Assembly (NCBI RefSeq): GCF_021028975.2
Contig: NC_059428.1
Span: 7,960,097-8,000,000, forward strand
Direction of reading: 5' to 3'
DNA length: 39,904 nt
Origin: Sphaerodactylus townsendi
Taxonomy: Eukaryota
Shown: positions 31,858 through 39,904 of the stretch, piece by piece
How positions within the stretch are numbered: the first letter of the stretch is position 1
Layout: every line of letters starts with the position of its first letter
Program-made: the position numbers and the translations under genes
Notes under the pieces: model-generated
The model's database searches: none
What the model was told of the DNA's origin: nothing
Seen by the model: the letters and a program-made list of their open reading frames with translations, nothing else

Positions 31858-33635
31858 TGATTAACATGTCCTCTATTCCATTATCAAAGTCCTTGATAAA
31901 AAATATTGAATAGCACTAGGCCCAGGACAGAACCCTGTGGCACCCCACTAGTCACTTCTCTCCAGGATGAAAATTAGCCATTGATGAGGACTCTTTGAAT
32001 TCAGTCCGTGAACCAATTATAAATCCATTTAATAGTAGGACTGTCTAGTCCACATTTCACTAGCTTACTTGACAGAATATCACGGGGCACTTTGTCAAAG
32101 GCCTCACTAAAAATCAAGGTATGCTACGTCCAAAGCATTCATGTACCAAGCTAGTCACTTTATCAAAAAAAGAGATAAGATTGGTCTGGCATGACTTGTG
32201 TTTCAGAAACCCATGCTGACTTTTTGTGATCACAGAATTCCCTTCTAAGTGCTGGAAGACCGCCTGTCTAATGATCTGTTCCAGAATCTTCCCTGGTATT
32301 GATGTCAGGCTGACTGGACAGCAAGGACGTAGGTAAAGGGGAAGGGTTTTCTCGGGTTGAAACTCCTCCATTACATGTCCAAAGCTCCACCCTCGTTTGT
32401 GTTTTTTTAATTTTTTCCAGTGTTATTTCCATTTTTGGCCTGCAGGAGGCGCAATTTCTAGGCTAGAAACACCAAAACTTCAGGGTATCTTCAGGAGACT
32501 CTCCTTCTGATACCACCCAGGTTTTGTGAAGTTTGGTCCATGGGGTCCAAAGTTATGGGCTCCCAAAAGGGGTGCCCCATTCCCCATTGTTTCCAATGGG
32601 AGCTAATAGGAGATGAGGCTACACATTTGAGGGTCCATAACTTTGGTCCCCCTGAACCAAACTTCACCAAACCTGGGTTGTATCATCAGGGGAGCCTCCT
32701 AAAGATACTCTGAAATGTTGGTGCTGCTAGCTTAACAATTGCACCCCTGACAGCAGGCACCCCCAAAATTTCCCCAGATTCTTCTTTTAAATCCACCCCC
32801 TTTGGCATGGATTTAAAGGGAGAATGTGAGGTGCCCAGTTTAAATATTGAAAGTGATGCCGTTTGAGGGTGGGGGATAAACTAGGGACCTCAGATTCTCC
32901 CTTTAAGGTGGGTTTAAAAGGAGAATTTGGACTCCCTGGTTTAAACACCATTGAAGGTGATGCTGTTTGGGGGTGGATTCCAGCATCACAGCGGCTGACC
33001 ATTAGGTGGGAGGGGCACAAACTCAGATTTTGCAACCAGCTCCATTTTCCCTAGCTATGCCTCTGCTCAGAGGGGAGGGCAGAAGGGACTGCCAGCTGCC
33101 AGCCCAGCTGGTGGGGGGCAGGGGAGGGCAGGGCGGGGGAGTCTGCTGTTCCTGGCATCGCTGCTTTTATAAGCACTGAGGCCAGGGGCGTGGCTTGGGG
33201 TGTGGAACCGCCCCTAGGTGAGGGCGGGGGCATGGCCCCACCTCCTGAACCCCCCCATAAAAAAATCTATACCTACGTCCCTGCTGGACGGTAATTATTA
33301 GGGTCCTCCTTTTTCCCCTTTTTGAAGATGAGGATAGCATTAGCCCTCCTCCAGTCCACTGGGACTTCTCCTGTTCTCTAGGAGTTCTCAATGATTATAG
33401 CAAGTGGTTCTGAGATTACTTCTGCAAGTTCTTTTAATACCCTGAGATGTAGTTCATCAGGCCCTGGAGATTTGAATTCATTTAAAGTAGCCAGGTGTTC
33501 CTGCACTACCTCTTTATTTATTCTGTGCTGAATTTTTCCTACTGTATCTTCTGTTTCATTTTCCCCTGGCTGAGCACTGTTTCCTTTTTGGGAAAAGACT
33601 GAGGCAAAGAAGGTGTTGTGTACTTCTGCCTTTTT
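31858..33635 (-). mobile_element. CR1 ORF2 (RT) fragment, second family, interrupted by a hAT element
   Basis: KAEVHNTFFASVF, KSPGPDELH.RVLKELA, PVSLTSIPGKILEQII, SQHGFLKHKSCQTNLISFFD. Confidence 0.9.
32322..33283. mobile_element. Non-autonomous hAT element (CAGGGACGTAGGTA TIR) with a large internal inverted repeat
   Basis: TSD CTGGACAG / CTGGACGG; splits the CR1 YRPVSL codons; imperfect hairpin about 32438-32758. Confidence 0.85.
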
Positions 33636-34949
33636 GAACATAAGAACTAGCCTGTTGGATCAAACCAGAGTCCATCTAGTCCAGCACTCTGCTACTCGCA
33701 GTGGCCCACCAGGTGCCTTTGGGAGCTCACATGCAGGATGTGAAAGCAAGGGCCTTCTGCTGCTGCTGCTGCTGCTCCCGAGCACCTGGTCTGCATTGAT
33801 CCTCAGATCAAAGAGGATCAAGATTGGTAGCCATAAATCGACTCCATAAATCTGTCCAAGCCCCTTTTAAAGCTATCCAGGTGAGTGGCCATCACCACCT
33901 CCTGTGGCAGCATATTCCAAACACCAATCACACGTTGCGTGAAGAAGTGTTTCCTTTGATTAGTCCTAATTCTTCCCCCAGCATTTTCAATGGATGCCCC
34001 CTGGTTCTACTATTGTGAGAAAGAGAGAAAAGTTTCTCTCTGTCCACATTTTCTACCCCATGCATAATTTTATGGACTTCAATCCTATCCCCCCTCAGGC
34101 GATCCTCCTCTCCAAACTAAAGAGTCCCTAACGCGGCAGCCTCCCCTCCCTCATGGAAGATGCTGTAATCCTTCAATCATCCTGGGTGCCCTTCTCTGCA
34201 CCCTGTGTCCTTGTTGCCCTTCTCTGCACTTTTTCTATCTCTTCAATGTCCATTTTTTTTGAGATGTGGCGTGACCAGAGACTGAACCTGGTACTCCCAA
34301 GTGCGGTCGCACTGCTGCTTTATATAAGAACTTATGACAATCCCTTACAGTTTTATTATCCCAATTCTTTTCCTAATGATCCCCAGCATAGAGTTTGCCT
34401 TTTTCTGGCTGCCGTACATTGAGTTGGTGACATTCCCATGGAACTGTATCAACTAAGAGGCATTAATCCCCTTTCCTGGTCTGAGACCTTGATAGCTTTT
34501 TATTGTAGCGTGTATGTGAAGTTTGGATTTTTGGCCCCTATGTGCATCACTTTACATTTTGCTACATTGAACTGCATTTGCCATTTCTGAGCCCACTCAC
34601 CTAATTTATCAAGGTTCGCTTGGAGCTCTTCGCAATCCTTTGTGGTTCTCACCACGCTACATAATTTGGTATCATCTGCAAACTTGGCCACCACGCTACC
34701 CACCCCTACTTCCAGGTCATTTATGAATAGGTTAAAGAGCACTGGTCCCAAAACGGATCCTTGGGGGACACCACTCCCCACATCTCTCCATTGTGAGAAC
34801 TTCCCATTTACACCCACTCTTTGTTTCCTGTTCCTCAACCAGTTTTTAATCCATAGGAGGACTTCCCCTCTTATTCCTTCATTGCTGAGTTTTCTCAACA
34901 GTCTCTGGTGAGGAACTTTGTCAAAAGCCTTTTGGAAATCCAAGTAAAT
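33636..34949 (-). mobile_element. CR1 LINE, about 1.3-kb 3' portion
   Basis: YLDFQKAFDKVPH, GVPQGSVLGP, FADDTKL; 3' UTR and tail at about 33636-33850; many indels at 34090-34500. Confidence 0.95.
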
Positions 34950-34989
34950 CCAAGTTCTTCTCCTTTGTGATTGACTCCTCTTTGGTTGG

Positions 34990-36260
34990 AATAAAACATT
35001 CATTTCTCCCTCCTCCTCCTGTCTCCTGCAGACTTTCCTGCCCACCCACCCCCGCCGAACAGGGAGCAGCGCAGCTGGCCGAAGACCCTCCTCGGAGTAT
35101 CCTGCCCACCAGAGGGGCTTCGTGCTCAACCTCTTGGGGGGGGGGGAGATGAAGGAAACACCCCCCCCGCTCATGCCTGGCCCCCTGGCCGGAGAAGCCC
35201 GCTTCCAGGGTCCGCTCCCGGGTCCCAGGGGCACAAGAGGGCCGGTGGGCAGCCAGGGCAGCGCAGGGCGACCCTCCCCGTGCACCCCTGGGGGGCACTC
35301 ACCTCCTCCCCCGCCTCCCCCCGCCTCCCCCTCCCAGAGCCCGGCTCTCCTCTCGGCAGAGCCCATGCTGGGAGAATGCGTGGCTCAAGCCAGTGAGCCC
35401 GGCCAGGAGGTCCTCGGGGGGGGGGGAGGAAGAGGAGGAAGAGGAAGGTCTTTTCCCGACACGCCCCGCGCCCCTCGTGGCTGCCTCCCCCGCTGCTGCC
35501 CTTGCCGGGCTCGGGGCCCTCCTCGCAGACTCAGTCAGCCGGGAGGAGAAGCGGGTTCGAGTCCTGCTGCCTCCCTTTGCAGGGGGGGCCAGCGCCTTGC
35601 CTGAGGCTGGAAGAAACGGAGGCAGCCTCCGCAGAGGAGGAGGAGGGAGGAAGTCCGAGGAAGGCTGAAGGGGGAGGAGTCCGGTTTCCTAGAGGGGCCT
35701 CGAACGAGGAGCGGCGGCCGGGCGGTGCGGCTAGAGCGGCCGGCCGAGGCGCAGGTGAGCAGCCCAGGTAAGAACACCTGTCTGGTCCAAGGGGCCCCCA
35801 CTGCTTGGAAGAGGGAGGGAGGGAGGGAGGGTGGGGGTCGCCTGCGGGGCCCGCCCTCTTCCCCTCCCCTTGAGCACCCTGACCCCCCCCCCCGCTCTTG
35901 GCCTCCGGGGCTCCGGTCAGCCTCTCCTCCTGGGGCCATCGTGGGGGGGCTCCTCTGGGGAGGAGGGGGAGGAGGAGGGGGGGCTGGAAAAGCCCAGCTG
36001 GATCAAAAGACCCCCCAATTGAAAAGCTCTGAATGAGCCTCCCGGGCAGGCAGAGCACGGAAAGAGGGAGGCTGGAGGAGGGGTTTGCCAGGAGAGCAGC
36101 AAGGCAAAGGGCGCATTCGAAGGACCGACCCCCGAGCCAAAAGCTGCCCCGCAAAGGTCTCCAGCAGCCCCCCCTTCCCCCCCCCCCGACTTGTGCCCTG
36201 CTGAGATTCCTCTCCTGCGCAGCTCCTGGAAGGACACGGGGGCCGGCAGACACTTGGGGC
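34990..36260. promoter_or_regulatory. CpG island / promoter of the SCAN-KRAB gene, possibly bidirectional
   Basis: Very GC- and CpG-rich, non-repetitive; + strand donors CAG|GTGAGC (35754) and CAG|GTAAGA (35767); - strand donor GAG|GTGAGT (35303/35302). Confidence 0.75.
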
Positions 36261-36470
36261 CCTTCAGAGTCCCCTGGATGCCAGATCCTTTAACCTCCTT
36301 CTATTCCCTGCAGGTGCATCCAGACTCACACACGGGCGGCCTCTAACTCCACACCCGTCACTCTTGGCTTTGCAGGAGGTGACAGACCTGACACGGGCCT
36401 TCACAGGTGACTCTGGGCCAGGTGTGAGGTGACAGGTGCCGGTGGAAGGCTCTTTGCAGAGGACAGGAGG

Positions 36471-36887
36471 ATGAGGGGAGAGCCAGACCCGACTGCCCCC
36501 GGATCCAGAGGAGGCCCGGATGTCCCCAAGGCTGGGAGCAGAAGGGAACTGTGGGAAGGGAGGATGCAGGAGAGCCCGGGAGACCAGGGCGTCCTCCCTC
36601 CAGATGCACGTGGCCAGCACTTCCGGCACTTCTCCTACCGGGAGGCGGAGGGGCCCCGAGAGGTGTGCAGCCGACTCCACCGCCTTTGCTGCCAGTGGCT
36701 GGAGCCAGAGAGGCGCAGCAGGAAGGAGATGCTGGACCTGGTGGTGCTGGAGCGCTTCCTGGCCGTCCTGCCCCCGGAGATGCAGAGCTGGGTCAGGGAA
36801 TGCGGGCCGGAGAGCAGCTCCCAGGCGGTGGCCCTGGCGGAAGGCTTCCTCTTGAGCCAGGCACAGGACAGGGATCAGGACCGGCAG
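36471..36887 (+). CDS. SCAN-KRAB (ZKSCAN-type) gene, coding exon 1 (SCAN domain)
   Basis: [76 protein letters not shown]; phase-0 donor CAG|GTGAGG at 36887; candidate acceptors at 36313 and 36375. Confidence 0.93.
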
Positions 36888-37044
36888 GTGAGGGGGTTTC
36901 CTCTGTGTAGTCTTGGGAGTGGGAGGCACAGCATGCGATTCAGGGTACCCTTGGAAGCCACATGGCTGACCCCCACCCCCACCCCTGTTTCTTCTCCCTT
37001 TTCTCACCGGCCTCCCCTTTCTTGGATCTCCGCTTCTGTTTCAG

Positions 37045-37093
37045 GTGCAGGAGGAGACCGCGCAGGGGCCTTTCCATGGAGCAGCTTTTCTTG
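37045..37093 (+). CDS. SCAN-KRAB gene, coding exon 2 (linker)
   Basis: TTCTGTTTCAG|...G|GTAAGA; 49 nt, phase 0 to 1; [16 protein letters not shown]. Confidence 0.7.
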
Positions 37094-38204
37094 GTAAGAT
37101 TGACAGGGGTGACGCTCTTTCTGGGCGGCCTCCTTGGGAGTAGTGGGGGTGCTCTGATGCCCACTGGTCCCGTGTGACAACGATTCTCCACTCCCCCCTT
37201 CTCAGTTCAGAAGTTTCATTTGGGAAGTCAAAACTTAGAACCAAATTTGGATCACTGCCAGGCCATTGGACGGACACAGGAAGGGAGTCGAGGACAAGGC
37301 AGCCTCCAAACTCAAGCGATGACAAGTAATGTCAAAAAACTGTGGCCATAGTGCAAAAATTGCAAAACATAGTGCCTTGGGCCAACATAAGAGTAACAAA
37401 ATCATAAGCTTCCCAGAGACCTGATGCTGTAGAAACTTCCAATACTTCTATGTCAAGATTAAAAATACTCATATTTGGCAGTATGTCATCACTGGACTTC
37501 CCAATCTTATCAATACGACATTCTGTAATGATCACTATCAATAAAAATTATTATGTATTTATTATTAAGAATACCTATAACATTTTTGTTTATGCTGCAC
37601 CTTTCTAACGGAATAAATGTAGAATACATAGATTATTTAACCGCTCTTTAGTCAATTAGGAAGCAGGTTGGAAAATATAGCATCAGGCAGGCAGAGGATT
37701 ACAAGATGTTGTTAAATTCATATTTAACAACAAACATTTATATTAAGACAAAATAATGCGTTTGGGCTGGGACTTTAGACTGGGGGAAAATCCAAATGAA
37801 AGCACGCAAATGCTGTAAAGATGATTCCAAAATGGCATCTTTAAATGTCAAGATGGTAACTTTTGGCCCTTCACCAATAGCAATGCCGCCTTTCCCTATC
37901 TGTTCTGTCCTTGCCCACCATTACGGGATTTAGTACCTGCGGTTCTGCCGGTGGGTTCAGAATAGCTTGCCGGTTCCTTGAGTTTCAGAGTTCTTCCGAG
38001 TTCTGTGAATTCTGGACAAACATCCTGATAGCAGTACTGTCCAGACTGGATTTGTCAAAAGTGTGGAAGCAAAAAATGATCCAGAATAAGGATAGTTGAG
38101 CCCATTTGCCAAGACAGGGAGAATCTTGTGTCCCCCGGTGGACCTGAAATACAAAGTCCCAGGAAAACATAAAATGCCACCTAATTACCCTTTTATCCTT
38201 CTAG

Positions 38205-38278
38205 GTGGTGCCCTAAAACCTGCAATCGATCCTTTGCCATCCCTTCCTGGCAAAGCGGCTCCCGTGCAGCCTGATTGG
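38205..38278 (+). CDS. SCAN-KRAB gene, coding exon 3 (linker)
   Basis: TTTTATCCTTCTAG|...TGG|GTAAGT; 74 nt, phase 1 to 0, restoring frame; GGALKPAIDPLPSLPGKAAPVQPDW. Confidence 0.75.
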
Positions 38279-39370
38279 GTAAGTGCAGAACTGTGGATCG
38301 GGCCCCTGGTTCGTTACCCTAAGTAGGCGGTCTCTGTTTTAGTTGGAGGAATTAGCTGGAGGCAGAAAGCGAGGGAGGGTAGCGAGGATTGATTACTGAC
38401 GTATATCAGGAGCTGTCCCTGGTGAGACCTCTTAAATGATCAGGCTGTTGTGCAGTTGAAATGAGTTTCATTAAAGAATTGTGAAATAAGGGCAGCAAAT
38501 GTGTCTCACGCAATGAGCACACCACGCCTGTGAAGCGCAGAGGAGCTGGCCCAGAGAAAAGGGTGACAGTTGAATAGGGTTTCAGGGATGGGTGGCAGTT
38601 ACCAGCCTCCAAGGGACGTCCCAGGAAGGCAGCGCTAAAGAGGTCAACGTCCAACGTTCCCAGCACCAGAAAGAGAACCCCACATCCAGGTGGAAATGCA
38701 TGCATCAATCCAGAACACACACACATACCCCACACCCACACGCACACACACACACCTGGATGGCCAAATGACCAGTATTAATACCCCACAGGGGTCCTTG
38801 AGGTGGCTTGAGGCAAGCTGACAGGAAAACCAAAGAATTGATTTTCTGGGGTTCGAGAGAGTGCCTGAATACTTGAATACTGATTGTTTGATTGATGGTT
38901 TGATGAGATGTGTGCAGATAGGATCAGGGACGGTCTGCTCAGTCTGCTGACAAAATCAACTTAGGGTGACGCAGTGTGAGTCAGCCAGCCCCATCGTCCA
39001 GCCAGGCACCCCACAGGGCCAGTGGAAAAGCTCAGCGGCCAGCAGCCCTCCTGCCCAAACTTGGCACAGAAGTCAGATCCCAAAACTCCCTGAGGGACTC
39101 GCATTTTGTGGGGAGCAGGGCCTTGCTCTTGTGCCAATCTTTGGCCCGCGTGCCTGAGTGGAGGAAGGGTTCTGACTGCTTACAGGGTGCTCCCCCCACC
39201 CTCTCTAGGCCAGGAAGGGCCTCTCTGTGCCTCTTTCCCCTGGCTGCTATCCATCCTGCTCCCCAGAGAGAAAAGAAAAATGTCTGATGGAGGTTTGAGT
39301 CCTGAACATCAAGAATTCTTCCGTTATCTGTGAATATGGAGAGGTTTTCCCATTGTCTCTCTGCTCTCAG

Positions 39371-39497
39371 GGCCTGGTGACCTTTGAGGAGGTGCGTGTT
39401 CAGTTCTCCGAGGAGGAGTGGGCTCTGCTGGATCCGGACCAAAGAAGGCTTCACAGGGAGGTCATGGAGGACAATTGTCAGAATGTGGCCTCTCTGG
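39371..39497 (+). CDS. SCAN-KRAB gene, KRAB-A exon
   Basis: 127-nt exon (typical KRAB-A size), phase 0 to 1; [43 protein letters not shown]. Confidence 0.92.
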
Positions 39498-39628
39498 GTA
39501 AGGCTCTCCTTTCCCTTGATCGACACACACTGAGAGCAGAAGTCACTCCTTCTAGGAAGCCGGGATGGCCCAAGTTAGCCCGATCTGGTTAGATCTCGGA
39601 AGCTGAGCTGGATCGGTCTCAGTTGGTC

Positions 39629-39904
39629 CTTGTTTGCCCTCCTCTGGACCCGTTCCAGCTTGTCAATATCCTTCTTGAATTGTGGTGCCCAGAACCTTCT
39701 TGAATTGTGGTGCCCAGGACACTCTACTGTTGATTACTAGAACCAGGGGGCATTCATTGAAAATGCTGGGGGGAAGAATTAGGACTAATAAAAGGAAACA
39801 CTTCTTCACGCAACGTGTGATTGGTGTTTGGAATATGCTGCCACAGGAGGTGGTGATGGCCACTAACCTGGATAGCTTTAAAAAGGGCTTGGACAGATTT
39901 ATGG
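39629..39904. mobile_element. CR1 fragments in opposite orientations
   Basis: The - strand encodes FWAPQFKKDIDKLERVQRR (about 39629-39720, with a 22-bp duplication); + strand TRGHSLK... runs from about 39736 to the window end. Confidence 0.85.

Noticed and set aside
34500-35366. 288-aa ORF fusing a GC-rich N-terminus to a CR1 RT core (possible domesticated RT)
   Set aside because: The N-terminal part is stop-poor CpG-island sequence that crosses a strong splice donor; the RT is 5'-truncated and near-identical to another CR1 copy in the window. A chance fusion is most likely.
35122-37007. Many long overlapping ORFs on both strands
   Set aside because: Expected in very GC-rich DNA or as shadows of the SCAN exon; low-complexity G/P/R/A peptides.
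36888-37097. C-terminal extension of the 222-aa SCAN ORF (SCAN-only protein)
   Set aside because: Read-through past a consensus donor; the spliced model reaches the KRAB exon in frame.
1-39904. CRISPR arrays, operons or prokaryotic defence systems
   Set aside because: The sequence is vertebrate; repeats are dispersed transposons, with no regular repeat-spacer array.

Overview
Eukaryotic genomic DNA from a squamate reptile, most likely a gecko (inferred from Squam3-type and Sauria-type SINEs and lizard-type CR1 and Penelope repeats). The window spans the junction between a class I (OR51/52-type) olfactory receptor cluster and a SCAN-KRAB gene. It holds two intact single-exon ORs (4695-5654 +, 15424-16434 -). 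A third OR (28986-29935 +) closely resembles mammalian OR51E2/Olfr78, the short-chain fatty-acid receptor. Its apparent truncation sits in a cluster of indels that look like assembly errors. A CpG island at about 35.0-36.3 kb precedes four frame-consistent coding exons of a SCAN-KRAB gene, whose zinc-finger exon would lie beyond the window. The rest is dense, often nested transposon debris: CR1, L1, L2 and RTE fragments; SINEs; five solo LTRs; hAT MITEs with 8-bp TSDs; Harbinger MITEs with 3-bp TSDs; and Penelope-like inverted repeats carrying degenerate hammerhead ribozyme motifs. There is one N gap (23291-23521). I found no convincing wholly new system. The best leads are the OR51E2-like receptor, palindromic MITEs carrying paired ACTACAATTCCCA (ZNF143/THAP11-type) motifs, an LTR flanked by a ~115-bp duplication, a candidate recursive splice site and a GATA/E-box/ETS cluster. 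All family assignments are from recall and visual inspection; no database search was run.
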